In this document: positions 30,294 through 40,817 of the stretch, piece after piece
Position numbering within the stretch: position 1 is the first letter of the stretch
Layout: every line of letters starts with the position of its first letter
IMG/VR virus record: IMGVR_UViG_3300020185_003230
Location: 1 to 58,484 of that record
Source of the DNA: a virus
Taxonomy: Duplodnaviria; Caudoviricetes
Reading direction: 5' to 3' (one strand)
DNA: 58,484 bases
Program-made: the position numbers and the translations under genes
Notes under the pieces: model-generated
Database searches by the model: none
Told to the model about the DNA's origin: nothing
Seen by the model: only the letters and a program-made list of their open reading frames with translations

Positions 30294-33200
30294 TTACTTT
30301 TTTTCACATAATTTACCCTTAGAGTCAAACGGGTTGCTTCTAAGCTTCGATCGTTTCCACCATGGCAGCAGTCCGACAGCTGGACGTTCTTTCATTGCTG
30401 ACTTGAGATTGTTTACCACAGTCCTTGCTGCTCCGGTCGCACTATCATCGTTTCCTGGCTTAAAGTCTCTCAAGTTGTACAGTGTTTTAAAGCTCTTCTT
30501 TATTCTACTCTTTGAATTTCTTAACAAGACTTGATCCCACTCATCCCACATTCTTGTAAATGGTGTAAATCTTGGACGATCATCAATATGCTGCCAGCCA
30601 GGGGTTGCCTCATACGAGACAACTTCGCCGGTGTCATCGTCTATAATGACCCTAGCTCCTGGTTTGTCAGATATATCATCGACACCAGATTGATTGGCTC
30701 CCTCGTCAGTGGTAAGTTGTCCAATCGATGGCAAAAATCCCATATCATTATATATTGCGACAGTGGCTGTTACCTTTGGTAGTGGGAAAATATATCTTGC
30801 GATTAACCCAAATTTCTCATCATCTTTTAGGTTCTTAAGTAGGCAGTAGAGAAGTTTTGTGTTTCCTTCTAGAGATGGCATTTGTGAAGTCTTAAGATCT
30901 AATGCATCGACTTCTGCAGATGTTACCTCTCTAGGTATTCCGTCAACAATAACCGAGAACTTAAGACCATATCTCACTCCCAAGTTTCCCTTTATTCCAA
31001 CCACTCTTGTATCTGAAGAGCCTTCCGGATATCCGCTTCCAATAACTGGCGCTGAGTCTGGATCTGTATATTCGTACCTGTTGATTGTTTTGATCGGTGC
31101 TGCTTCTCCATACAAGTTCTTTTTTACCTCATCAGCATAAACCAACTCGATGTCTCCAGGGTACACATCAGATATGTTAAGATCGGGATCGTTCGCTTTT
31201 ATAATTTCAACAGCTTCGTCGGGAGCATAACGAACTCCGTTAACACTAATATACTTCTCTATCATAAATGGCTTAGTTGATGTACTAACTGAGCCCAAGG
31301 CTGCCACATCTCCTATCGGTACTGTTATCTTGTCTGCGTATACGTTTAATTCATTATGCAATGTGTCTGAATGGTACTCTCCTTCCATATAAATGACATT
31401 ACCGTCTTGGTCAGTATGCACGTGATAATACCCGATGTAAGGTATGCCGTCACTTGTGCTAAGTTCTGCTCCGTTGGTGTATAATTCCTCTCCAGAATCA
31501 GGCAAAGAAGTCGCTGTTTCAACTATTTCTTTGTCCAAGTCAAGGCTTCCTCCACCGGTTGACAGTTCGCTCATAAGGTAATAATCCATATCTGTAAACT
31601 TTGGAGCCATACCGACCTCGCCTAGATTTTCTACAAAGCGTTCTCCCATATAGTTTAATTCTGTGATTACCATCTCTTTCAAAACAAGCTTTGCGTCTTC
31701 CTCTGTTGCCCTAACTGCGTCTAGGTTCTTTTCGTATCTCCAGCTTTTCAGTGTTCGAAATGTTCCGGCTGCTCCTGTCTCTTTAGCTGCTTTTAAGTTT
31801 TCTCTATATGGAAATCTATATTCGTCTTGAGCATCATTCAATCTAAATAGTGCTTGTAATACAGAATCTGGCGGGTCGATGATTGTTCCATCGTCCACAA
31901 GCCTAGCATATGTTTGGACAGACTGCTCTAGGAAAGCATACCAGAACTCTTCGTCCTTAAATGTGCTTATCTCCCATGCAGCTCCTTGAGAGTCCTTCAT
32001 AGATGCTTCCATATTTTCAACCACGTATGCTGCATATATAGAACTATATGTTTCTGTGAACTTTGGTGCAAAAGTAGTGAATGTCGCCAGCGACTTGACA
32101 AAGTGTGTGCTAGAATAAACTCGACAAGCTGCTTTTATTAATCCCTGGATTCCTGCTTTTGAATATCTTTCTAATACTCTATTGTACGGCTTCTCAACTA
32201 TACAGTCTGGATCTGATTTAAGTCTCTGGTCTTCTGGCATACTTTCATATGATTTTGAGACCTCCTCGCTAAGGTCTTCGAAATCTACGATGTCAGTCCG
32301 AGAAGGCTTGCACGGGCTGATTTCTGGGAACATAACATCTACGAAACCTAGCCAAGCTTTGTTTTCAAGAGGTTTAATATATATTGGAGGATTTATATAG
32401 TTTCCACCATATGTCATCGGATCAAGATAGAAAACTCTATTTTTTCTTCCACTGCCCTGAGTCTCTTCGTATTGCATTCTGCTTATTCCCATAAGCATAT
32501 CGTCATTCTCAATATCTCGGGTGCCGTCAGGATTTCCATCGGAATCATAATCAGTTACTTCGGCTTCGCCGTATTCAGTGCCTGCTGGTGATAAGGTATC
32601 TCCAGACCTTACAACATAATCCAAGTCATCAGAGTTCAAATCATCAAGTTGAGCCCCGAACTGCCATGCTGCTTTCGCAGGTCCACCAAAATCATCAGTA
32701 GTTCCAGCAACTTCTTCTATTAAGGAGGAGAAAATATTACTCATAATAGAGTCATATGATGGTTTTATTTCCGCCGGCGATAGTGATATCATCTCAGATA
32801 ACATAATGATCTGAGGTAGGTATTCTTGTGCAGCTTTCTGTGTTTGAAAGAACTCTGGATAGTTTTCAATTTGGATATCTGATAGAGTGTCGTCAACAGA
32901 TGAAAATTCAAACCTTCGATCCTTGACTAGCGATACCCCTTCTTTTAGTCTTTTCTTGAATTCTTCTTTAGCTTTAGCTCTCTGGTCCTTACTCATCCCT
33001 TTATAATTTTGGTCTAACAATGGAGCAAACCTGTAATAGTCTACAATCGAAATTCTAACATTGTCTGTTGGTTGGTTAACAACAACGCTGTTATCTGAAC
33101 TGTCCTTTCTTGTCTCAAGATCTGATAGGAAAAAGTTTACTTTAAATCCGTATTCATATTCTTCCGTCTCTCCTAGTGACTTTCTACCTTGACTGTTATC

Positions 33201-36200
33201 TTCAAAGAATAGAGATATATCTGCTTTCTTTTTGCGACCCTTCCTTATGATCCTTACCTCTTGCTCTTCCATATTTGGTAGAACTTTTACATTGTAACCA
33301 AAATCAGGTAGGGAGAGGAGATTTAACCCTCCCCAGTATGGATCAACACCAAGCTCTCTGAAACTCTTCTTATATATCTTCTTTGGGCTCCATTCGTTGT
33401 TGGACGAAAATTCCGGGGCTAGATCTGACATTTGAGATTGGAGCCATTCCGCAACATAACCTGGAAACTGACCTTTCTGGGCTTCAGTTGGTCTTGGGTT
33501 CATAAAGATGGCTTCAATCAAATTGTCGGGGGCATCCACATTTGAGACCAAATCAACATAATCTGGTCGAAGGAACTCATTCCTCATATGTGCAGTCAGG
33601 GGTGCTCCGCTTGTATCAGATAAAATCAGATTCATTAAGCCCCAATTGGATTTACCGGGTCCATTACCAATCATATCTGTGGAGAAATCTATCTTTAACT
33701 GTTCCATACTCTGAGCTAATGTCTGAGATGCTGTGCTAACTGAATCCTCCGATTCAAATGGTATTAACCCATCATCACAGCCGGGGGTCGAGACTAGTGG
33801 AGGGAGGGCATCCTCCAGCATTGCTGGTATGCCACCTTGCAGGACGTTGTTTAATTGATCCAAATCTTCGATCATCTCATCTTGCATTTCTTTAAACATT
33901 TGATCGCACTGCTCGGGAGTGGCTCGACCAGACAGTAGGGTACATCTTCTATCTTTAAAGTTATCAAGGTCTTCTGGGTTTGCACATAAAGATGGATTTG
34001 CCGGCATATCATCAACTGCGGGAAGGGCATTAAGCAAATCACGAATAGCGCCTCGGACTGAAACAGGAAATAAGTTTCCGCAGTTTTCAAAGAAATCTGA
34101 TAGGGATTGCTTTGAACCGAGACCTTCAGCAAATTGAGGATATTGATTAACTAATATTGTGTGAGTAACATCAAGAAAGTCGTTGCTAGCAGTTCCGCTG
34201 AACGCTTCTAGCATTTCTCTTCTGGTAACTGCATTTGATATATCATTTGTAAAACTCTTCACAGATTCCGAATCAGATAATGCAGCCCCTCCAACACCAA
34301 GCTTTTCAAACATTTCTGCTATTGTTGCATCGACTTGTGCTTCATTCGCATCTGGTCCACAAATAGACTCTCTTATCACATCTGAAAATGTTGACCTCCC
34401 TGTTACTATAGCTGGAAGTGATGATGCCATATCACCTCTTGATTCAATCGCTTTGCAGATAGCATCCCCAATGACTTCGCATACTTTTGTTAAAAGTGCT
34501 TTGATCACTTGTATGAGCGCTGCATAGATTGCTGCTACTAGCGCAGCAAACAACTGTCTTGGCCAATCTGTTACTTCTGGCTTCCATGCAAATGGGTTTT
34601 CCATTCTTGGTAATGTTATCTCATTAATGTTTCGACAAAAAGGCATCTCAATGCTCTTAATAAAATCCACAACGCTTGGATCAAAGAGTGGCGCACTCGG
34701 ACAATCTACAATAGCAATGATGTTGGCTATGATTTCTGCGCCTGGGAATTTGTTCATCAAATCGACAAGCTGTAGAGGGTCGTCCGCATATACCTCAATC
34801 ATTGCTAAGGTGTATGCTTCCATTATTTTATCTGGATTCAATCGATTGCCAGAGTTTATTCCAACATCATACTGTTGAGCCAGGGTCCTATTGTTTCTGT
34901 CGAATGAATCGTCGGATTCAAGTACCTCTCTATCCTCCCACGGATATACAATTACAACTTCTCCGATCAATGGGATGTCGTCGTTATCATATGATTCTGA
35001 CCCAGAGGATACAGCATCAGAAAGTTTCTGTGCTCCGGTGCCACTCACAATCAAATCGTTGTTCTCTAGTTTTCTCTTAACAAGGGCGTCTAATTCTGAT
35101 TGTTTTCTTGGCGGCAGTCCAACAAACAATTTTCCAAAGTTTTCAATTGACATGGCGCGCAGGGCAGCTCGAAGAGAGCTTGAGAGAGCGTCCTCTAAAG
35201 ACATACCCTTGAATAAGCACTGGATCGAATCAAGCATCATATCGAGAAGACCACAGACTTTTATCTTCTGGAGTCCAAATTTGTAAAAGTCTCTGAAGAA
35301 CTCATCCGAAGATGTAACTGGCACTGCTCCTTGTAGCATGCTGGCACACATTTGGACGAATATTTGATCAGTATCTTCCATCTCCCTAAACGCTTGATCA
35401 GCAGCTAGAGCCCCAATAGTGGTTGTTTTTTTGTTGTCTCTCGGGTCTATTATCTTTCCAAAATCCAGGGACTGTCTATCTGGATTTCTTCCGGTTGGGT
35501 TGTTCTTATAGATTAGCCCTAGATTTGTTTTATCGTCTATAAGCTGCTCTCTATCTTTATAGCAGATATTCCTATGAAACTGGTAGGCGACTGCATCTCC
35601 AACGCTGAAGATACTATCTACCACATCTTGACCGAGTTGCTTTCCTTCTTCTGCTAGTGCGTCAGCTACGCAGCTTATTGCGGAGGCAGTTGCGCCAGGA
35701 ATATTAGAAGGCTCCTCGTCCATTGGGTAATCAAAAACGGCTGTAACTTGGGGGTATGTGTACTCCTCTATAAACTCGGTCCAGGGTCTTTCCACTCTGG
35801 CTGATAGGAAATTGACGATATCGTCTAATCTCATAAAATAAGCGACAGCGGTTGAATCTTTCCACGATTCCTTAGACTTAAGAGAATTTAATCTCCTCTC
35901 GCCGAACACTCTCGGCTTATCACCGCAACCAACTGTCCACACTTTTATCTTTTTAAGCTTAAACTCGGAACTAACCGTGAACTCTATTCTTTTGGCTCGA
36001 TCTCTAGAAAAACTGGGTGAACCAGTTCCAAAGATATTCATCCCCCGATCATTCATCCAACTGTCCAAATCGGATAATATATCTTTCATTCTTGAATTGC
36101 CGACAAAAAATCCGGGGTCTCCATACCTATCAAACTGATTTTTAGTGAAAACCTTTCCGGAGTCTACAAACTTAAATACCCCGTTTTCAATCGCATTATA

Positions 36201-36800
36201 AACCCTGTAGTAACGAGAAAACATATGCATTGCTTTTCTCATTGTCAGTAGTTTATCGTTTATTTGCTCGGCTTGGTATTCAACAACCACATCACCAGTG
36301 TCAGTTGCTTCTTCCTCTTCATCGGTGCCAGGACGCTCTTCGATTGGAGCAAATAAGTCATATGGGATTGTATATAAAAGTTTGACAGTAGAAAACGGTC
36401 GAGCGCTGAGATCGTATTTTGTATAATCGATCGATTCAGTGAGCTTCTGTATAACTTCAGCGGTCTCTATCTTATTAAATTTGTCGAGCAGTGACTCGAC
36501 AGCTGCCGGGGCATTGTCTGCAAATAAGCTATTTAGGAACTCTTTCGACTCTTCTTCTGTTGCACCCTCTGTAGGAATTAAGGACTGCTCTGACGTTACT
36601 ACGGTACACTGGAATGAACAGTATTTTTCATTAAACCACGGATCTTCAACTGTCTTTGTTTTCCACTTTGGAGTAATTGCATTTGGGTTACGCTTACAGG
36701 ATGGACAGTTTTTTGTCGGAATAGTCTCGACATCATCACAAACGTCTATTAATCCGTCTTGATTTTTATCTTGATATTTTAAATATTTAGAATCTGCCAT
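30294..36800 (-). CDS. Very large hypothetical virion protein (baseplate/hub region)
   Basis: 2168-aa acidic, Cys-containing ORF between the gp25 and gp5-like genes. Confidence 0.55.
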   Translation of the reverse strand: MADSKYLKYQDKNQDGLIDVCDDVETIPTKNCPSCKRNPNAITPKWKTKTVEDPWFNEKYCSFQCTVVTSEQSLIPTEGATEEESKEFLNSLFADNAPAAVESLLDKFNKIETAEVIQKLTESIDYTKYDLSARPFSTVKLLYTIPYDLFAPIEERPGTDEEEEATDTGDVVVEYQAEQINDKLLTMRKAMHMFSRYYRVYNAIENGVFKFVDSGKVFTKNQFDRYGDPGFFVGNSRMKDILSDLDSWMNDRGMNIFGTGSPSFSRDRAKRIEFTVSSEFKLKKIKVWTVGCGDKPRVFGERRLNSLKSKESWKDSTAVAYFMRLDDIVNFLSARVERPWTEFIEEYTYPQVTAVFDYPMDEEPSNIPGATASAISCVADALAEEGKQLGQDVVDSIFSVGDAVAYQFHRNICYKDREQLIDDKTNLGLIYKNNPTGRNPDRQSLDFGKIIDPRDNKKTTTIGALAADQAFREMEDTDQIFVQMCASMLQGAVPVTSSDEFFRDFYKFGLQKIKVCGLLDMMLDSIQCLFKGMSLEDALSSSLRAALRAMSIENFGKLFVGLPPRKQSELDALVKRKLENNDLIVSGTGAQKLSDAVSSGSESYDNDDIPLIGEVVIVYPWEDREVLESDDSFDRNNRTLAQQYDVGINSGNRLNPDKIMEAYTLAMIEVYADDPLQLVDLMNKFPGAEIIANIIAIVDCPSAPLFDPSVVDFIKSIEMPFCRNINEITLPRMENPFAWKPEVTDWPRQLFAALVAAIYAALIQVIKALLTKVCEVIGDAICKAIESRGDMASSLPAIVTGRSTFSDVIRESICGPDANEAQVDATIAEMFEKLGVGGAALSDSESVKSFTNDISNAVTRREMLEAFSGTASNDFLDVTHTILVNQYPQFAEGLGSKQSLSDFFENCGNLFPVSVRGAIRDLLNALPAVDDMPANPSLCANPEDLDNFKDRRCTLLSGRATPEQCDQMFKEMQDEMIEDLDQLNNVLQGGIPAMLEDALPPLVSTPGCDDGLIPFESEDSVSTASQTLAQSMEQLKIDFSTDMIGNGPGKSNWGLMNLILSDTSGAPLTAHMRNEFLRPDYVDLVSNVDAPDNLIEAIFMNPRPTEAQKGQFPGYVAEWLQSQMSDLAPEFSSNNEWSPKKIYKKSFRELGVDPYWGGLNLLSLPDFGYNVKVLPNMEEQEVRIIRKGRKKKADISLFFEDNSQGRKSLGETEEYEYGFKVNFFLSDLETRKDSSDNSVVVNQPTDNVRISIVDYYRFAPLLDQNYKGMSKDQRAKAKEEFKKRLKEGVSLVKDRRFEFSSVDDTLSDIQIENYPEFFQTQKAAQEYLPQIIMLSEMISLSPAEIKPSYDSIMSNIFSSLIEEVAGTTDDFGGPAKAAWQFGAQLDDLNSDDLDYVVRSGDTLSPAGTEYGEAEVTDYDSDGNPDGTRDIENDDMLMGISRMQYEETQGSGRKNRVFYLDPMTYGGNYINPPIYIKPLENKAWLGFVDVMFPEISPCKPSRTDIVDFEDLSEEVSKSYESMPEDQRLKSDPDCIVEKPYNRVLERYSKAGIQGLIKAACRVYSSTHFVKSLATFTTFAPKFTETYSSIYAAYVVENMEASMKDSQGAAWEISTFKDEEFWYAFLEQSVQTYARLVDDGTIIDPPDSVLQALFRLNDAQDEYRFPYRENLKAAKETGAAGTFRTLKSWRYEKNLDAVRATEEDAKLVLKEMVITELNYMGERFVENLGEVGMAPKFTDMDYYLMSELSTGGGSLDLDKEIVETATSLPDSGEELYTNGAELSTSDGIPYIGYYHVHTDQDGNVIYMEGEYHSDTLHNELNVYADKITVPIGDVAALGSVSTSTKPFMIEKYISVNGVRYAPDEAVEIIKANDPDLNISDVYPGDIELVYADEVKKNLYGEAAPIKTINRYEYTDPDSAPVIGSGYPEGSSDTRVVGIKGNLGVRYGLKFSVIVDGIPREVTSAEVDALDLKTSQMPSLEGNTKLLYCLLKNLKDDEKFGLIARYIFPLPKVTATVAIYNDMGFLPSIGQLTTDEGANQSGVDDISDKPGARVIIDDDTGEVVSYEATPGWQHIDDRPRFTPFTRMWDEWDQVLLRNSKSRIKKSFKTLYNLRDFKPGNDDSATGAARTVVNNLKSAMKERPAVGLLPWWKRSKLRSNPFDSKGKLCEKK

Positions 36801-36815
36801 TAGGTCATCTCCCCG

Positions 36816-37880
36816 CTAGGTTGAGTAAACATTTCTGCTCGCCACATATTTGTATCCAACTGGTGAAGTATAGTTGATATTGTATAGATTGTTTTGGATC
36901 CTCAACTGCCATAAAGCACTCTCGATCCAAGCCATTGTCGAGGCGACTGTCGTGCCGGCTGCCCCTGCTCGCCACGGCTCAAGACCTGTCACTCCAACTA
37001 CTGAGTTCATTGCAGTCTGAATCAATGCCAGTCGATCGACTGCGCCGGTGAGTAAATCAAGGAGTTTGGCTACTTCTCTAAGAGCGTCGGCAGTGAATTC
37101 ACCTCTTGCAACTCCTTGAAGATTATTAACTTTTTCTTTCGGATTATACAATCCTCCGAAAACATATCTGTCATCAGTATTGTTTCCTGCGATAAGTTCA
37201 ATAGGAGGAGCAGGTTGTGTAATGGGTGTTCCTCTGGACGTAACGTCCCCCTTGACTCCAGTATTTTTAAATGCATATGTGCGACCGGTTACGATTTTTA
37301 CTCCCTCTCTGCCTATGATTCTGACACCATCAGCTTTAAGTCCGATGGCGGATCCTGGCTTAAGTTTTTGACCATCTCCAGCGGCAGAACCCAATATACC
37401 CGGAGATAGACCGAAGTTTAAATCGATTTCAGTTAACTGACTCACATATATTCTAGCTGCGTCACAAACAAAAGACGGATTAACTGCCTTCAATAGTCCT
37501 TTCGATAGAGAGTCTTTCTTACAAGACATTCGCCCGACTACAATATCAATAGTGTTTGATCCTGCTACCCCTTTGCCACCCATGCCTGATGCAAGGGTTC
37601 CTGGTCTATCATATCCCAATACTATTGCGGCATTACCATCATTCGAAGATATACTTTTCTCAGCCGGACCAGCAACAAAGTTGATCCTTGGCTGCATTGG
37701 TTCAGTTTGAGCTAGACCACTATTTGGCGGCAGAGTTCCCATAGCACTGCGAAGCTTTCTCTTAAGCCCTTCTGAATCTCTCGCATCGATGTCTGCTTGG
37801 AGGCTCTGGTTGTTTTGACCGCTGGGGCTCTTTTTTAGGTTCTTTAGGAACTCTTTATCTAAGCCGGTATATTTCGCCAT
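36816..37880 (-). CDS. Putative baseplate spike protein (gp5 C-terminal-like)
   Basis: Beta-strand repeats (AIVLGYDR, IDIVVGR, ARIYVSQ, AIGLKADGVRIIGREGVKIVTG) and position upstream of gp25. Confidence 0.5.
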   Translation of the reverse strand: MAKYTGLDKEFLKNLKKSPSGQNNQSLQADIDARDSEGLKRKLRSAMGTLPPNSGLAQTEPMQPRINFVAGPAEKSISSNDGNAAIVLGYDRPGTLASGMGGKGVAGSNTIDIVVGRMSCKKDSLSKGLLKAVNPSFVCDAARIYVSQLTEIDLNFGLSPGILGSAAGDGQKLKPGSAIGLKADGVRIIGREGVKIVTGRTYAFKNTGVKGDVTSRGTPITQPAPPIELIAGNNTDDRYVFGGLYNPKEKVNNLQGVARGEFTADALREVAKLLDLLTGAVDRLALIQTAMNSVVGVTGLEPWRAGAAGTTVASTMAWIESALWQLRIQNNLYNINYTSPVGYKYVASRNVYST

Positions 37881-37901
37881 TATGTTTTCCTATTCTAAAT
37901 G

Positions 37902-37910
37902 ATAAATAGT
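37902..37910 (-). promoter_or_regulatory. Putative phage late-promoter motif ACTATTTAT
   Basis: Intergenic, 22-30 nt upstream of ATG 37880. Confidence 0.55.
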
Positions 37911-37912
37911 TC

Positions 37913-39130
37913 TCAAATAGATTCTGGATACTCTTCTATTGGCTCGCTACTTTGCTCACTGGTCGACAGTGATGGGAATAGATCTGACTGCGCGAATCTT
38001 TCGCCGAAATCACCAGGATCCACATTTTTTAAATCATATTGAACATGTACTGCATTATTATTTCTTTCTATAATTGAGCCTCCTTTATTCAGTCCCTGAA
38101 ATATTACATATGGTTCACCGCGACTCTTATGTATTTCCGACTGAGCATTTGCATCTTCAACAGCAGCCCAAATATTATTTAGGTCCGCACCGGATATATC
38201 GAAGGCATTGATTCCCTCTTTTGCGCCGTGACCCTTGCCAACATTGCGTCCTACAATGAGCCCTGGTCCATCTGGTTTTTTTGTTTTGATAAATTTATGC
38301 AGTTTGTCATAATCAGATTCGGTTTGTGGATTCAGTGGTCCCTCATAATTGTATTGCTTTGCGTAATCATTTGCAAAATTCTTAATTATTCTGTTTTGAT
38401 CCTTTTGGGTTCTTACTGCACTTGTTAAAACGGCTCCATTTGGCAAAAACTGTTTTAAATAATTCCAAGCAAACTCTCTTTTTCTGGCTTCTTCGGCGGA
38501 GTCCATGTCATTATCTGATGGACCGAATCTTACCCTGCTGGACACCCTGGTATCTCCAACCTCGAACTCTCCCAGTGTTCCAGAAAAATCCCCAAATAAG
38601 CTAGCTAATGTGCTACATTCATTTTTGCTAGCTTCGCTTTGAACAGTCAAATAAGAGCTTTGCAAAGAATCTACAGTAGCGTATTGTAGATCCATCTTGA
38701 AGTCACCCTTTCTCATCGTGACTCTGCACCTGTCTCCAACCTTTAAATGCCCATCGCTCCATCCAAGTGGAGTAAAGCAGGTAGTGTGCAGCGCTGCGTA
38801 GGCAAATGCAAGTTGAGCATTATTAGAATCTGCATACGACAAGTTACATGGATCCGGTATTGGCAGATGCGGACTCATAAAAAATTCTGATTCGATTCGT
38901 CCTTGAAACTGCTGTATTTTTTCAGGCTCCACCTCAGTAGCAACCTCTTGACCGGCTGTGGTCGTGGGCACACCTGTTATTTCAGCGACTTCAGCGGCTG
39001 AGCGAAAGATTGGTGGAGAAATAACTTTAACTGTGAAAGTTACTAAGTCCCCTATAGTGTCAACAGTATGGGCATCTCTAATCGCCTTCGCTAATAGTTG
39101 TGGTCCCTCTGTTGGGTTTGATATACTCAT
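37913..39130 (-). CDS. Putative baseplate hub protein with C-terminal peptidase M15-like peptidoglycan hydrolase
   Basis: LTSAVRTQKDQ, GH...AFDISG and AVHVQY resemble LAS/M15 Zn-peptidase motifs. N-terminus OB-like (LKVGDRCRV). Confidence 0.55.
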   Translation of the reverse strand: MSISNPTEGPQLLAKAIRDAHTVDTIGDLVTFTVKVISPPIFRSAAEVAEITGVPTTTAGQEVATEVEPEKIQQFQGRIESEFFMSPHLPIPDPCNLSYADSNNAQLAFAYAALHTTCFTPLGWSDGHLKVGDRCRVTMRKGDFKMDLQYATVDSLQSSYLTVQSEASKNECSTLASLFGDFSGTLGEFEVGDTRVSSRVRFGPSDNDMDSAEEARKREFAWNYLKQFLPNGAVLTSAVRTQKDQNRIIKNFANDYAKQYNYEGPLNPQTESDYDKLHKFIKTKKPDGPGLIVGRNVGKGHGAKEGINAFDISGADLNNIWAAVEDANAQSEIHKSRGEPYVIFQGLNKGGSIIERNNNAVHVQYDLKNVDPGDFGERFAQSDLFPSLSTSEQSSEPIEEYPESI

Positions 39131-39185
39131 AATTTGGTGGATTCCTTATATCACTATATATCTCGACCAAAAGTTTATGTTGCTG

Positions 39186-39485
39186 TTAAGATGAATCCTG
39201 TTCTTGTAGCATATCAAACAATTCATCTTTCTCGTCATCCGATAAAGAAGCATTCTTAGGTTGATTTTTTTGTGTAATCGCTATAATCTTCACTAGTTGC
39301 TCATTTGAGCGCTGAAGAGTTTCTATGTGTTTCGCTGCGACTGGGCTTAAGTACTTATTGTGATCTGGATCTTTAGCTATTTGATTGGCGACTTCGTTGA
39401 GAAACTCTCTAGATATCTTTCGGTCGTCACGTATATTTTCGAGCGCTTCTTCAAGCAGACTGTCTAGATCTTTTTTCTTGCTCAT
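39186..39485 (-). CDS. Hypothetical helical protein
   Basis: Start reassigned to the ATG overlapping the sigma-factor stop (ATGA). Confidence 0.6.
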   Translation of the reverse strand: MSKKKDLDSLLEEALENIRDDRKISREFLNEVANQIAKDPDHNKYLSPVAAKHIETLQRSNEQLVKIIAITQKNQPKNASLSDDEKDELFDMLQEQDSS

Positions 39486-40216
39486 ATCTTTCCTGCTTCC
39501 CATTCGTCTCTAAAGCTAGAATACTTTTTTCTAAACTTCTTTAGTGAATTTACTATCTGCTTTGTGTTTAGGTTTGTTATCTCTCTCAGATAAAGATATA
39601 TCGCCTTCTTATTGAAGATCTCTATATCGTCCTGTGATTCAAATAAGATTAAGACCGCCTTGTATACCCTTAGATCATTGTCCTTCATCTGACTCGAATC
39701 CCAAGACTTCATTTCATCATAAAAGCATTTCCAAAACTCATTCTCCTCTCTATCCGACTCATATGATTCTGTTGTCGACAGATACTCTTCTTCATAAGTT
39801 TTTGATACATTGTCAAAGTCAACTTCTCTCTTGTTTCTTTTCTGTTGTCTTTTGACCTTATGGATAAACCAGTTCTTAGTTATTACCGAGAAGTATGAGA
39901 ATGCTTTGTGCCCCTTGCTAGGATCATATTTGTCAAGTATCGTCATCAACCAAACTTTGCACTCATCTCTAAGATAATCAATGTTTGGTAAGTTTGTGAA
40001 CTTATATGTAAATACTATCTTGTCGACCATCTCGTTAAATGCTGGACCAATCCAATTTACATATAATTTTGTTCTTTGTCGGTTACAAGTTGTCTTAGTA
40101 TATGCAACTATTGCGTCTTCGTGATCTTGCGTGAAGTAGTGATTCTTCTTGCTAGCAGTTCTACGTCTTCTTTTCTTTGTTGTTGTTTTTGGATCACTTA
40201 CTGTGGTGGTAGACAT
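39482..40216 (-). CDS. Phage RNA polymerase sigma factor (gp55-like late sigma)
   Basis: Sigma region-2-like LDKYDPSKGHKAFSYFSVITKNWFI, N-terminal KNHYF, C-terminal HTH-like segment. Confidence 0.75.
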   Translation of the reverse strand: MSTTTVSDPKTTTKKRRRRTASKKNHYFTQDHEDAIVAYTKTTCNRQRTKLYVNWIGPAFNEMVDKIVFTYKFTNLPNIDYLRDECKVWLMTILDKYDPSKGHKAFSYFSVITKNWFIHKVKRQQKRNKREVDFDNVSKTYEEEYLSTTESYESDREENEFWKCFYDEMKSWDSSQMKDNDLRVYKAVLILFESQDDIEIFNKKAIYLYLREITNLNTKQIVNSLKKFRKKYSSFRDEWEAGKI

Positions 40217-40564
40217 TTATGCTTGCTCCTCTATCTCAGTTTCTTCTTCTACTTCTAGATCCGCTGCTGGGGCTTCTTCACTAAGCTGGTAAACATAGTT
40301 AAATGTTTCCATCTGATCAACAAAGGAGTTGGCATGCTCCATAAGTCCACGCAAAGTCTCATCCCCATAAAACATATCCATTTCGTATATGCTGGTGAGA
40401 TGGGATGAGAACGTGTTAATCATCTGTTGCAGATCTCCAAGTTCTTCGGATGCCGTCATAAGAACACTAATCGCCCTTCTAGCGTAGACGAACACAATGA
40501 TGTTAAACGCCGATGATAGAATCAGTAAGGCTATTAGTATTATTTCAAGACGGCTCATATTCAT
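40217..40564 (-). CDS. Hypothetical membrane-anchored protein
   Basis: N-terminal transmembrane helix (IILIALLILSSAFNIIVFVY) followed by a coiled-coil and acidic tail. Confidence 0.65.
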   Translation of the reverse strand: MNMSRLEIILIALLILSSAFNIIVFVYARRAISVLMTASEELGDLQQMINTFSSHLTSIYEMDMFYGDETLRGLMEHANSFVDQMETFNYVYQLSEEAPAADLEVEEETEIEEQA

Positions 40565-40817
40565 CCTTTGCAGCTATTTGTTTCTCTTGTTCTAAGATCT
40601 TACGGTTCTCTTCAATATATTCCTTAGTCAAAGATCCTACTGGTTCGTTATTCCCGCCAGTTGATCCTTTATTTGAAATGTTAAAAAGGGATGAAAAATC
40701 TCTCCGTAGCGTGCTTTGTTCTCCACAGTTTGGGCAGGTATCGGGCTCTTGCCCTATTAAAAGGCGAAAGGTACTTATCTCTTGACAATCTAAGCATTTA
40801 AATCGATACCTTGGCAT
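40545..40817 (-). CDS. FmdB-family zinc-ribbon protein
   Basis: MPRYRFKCLDC...CPNCG signature. Confidence 0.8.
   Translation of the reverse strand: MPRYRFKCLDCQEISTFRLLIGQEPDTCPNCGEQSTLRRDFSSLFNISNKGSTGGNNEPVGSLTKEYIEENRKILEQEKQIAAKDEYEPS

Noticed and set aside
4122-39130. Bacterial contractile injection system (eCIS/T6SS) instead of a phage
   Set aside because: Flanked by phage primase, SbcD, RuvC, sigma factor, PhoH and tRNAs on one strand, with no bacterial housekeeping context.
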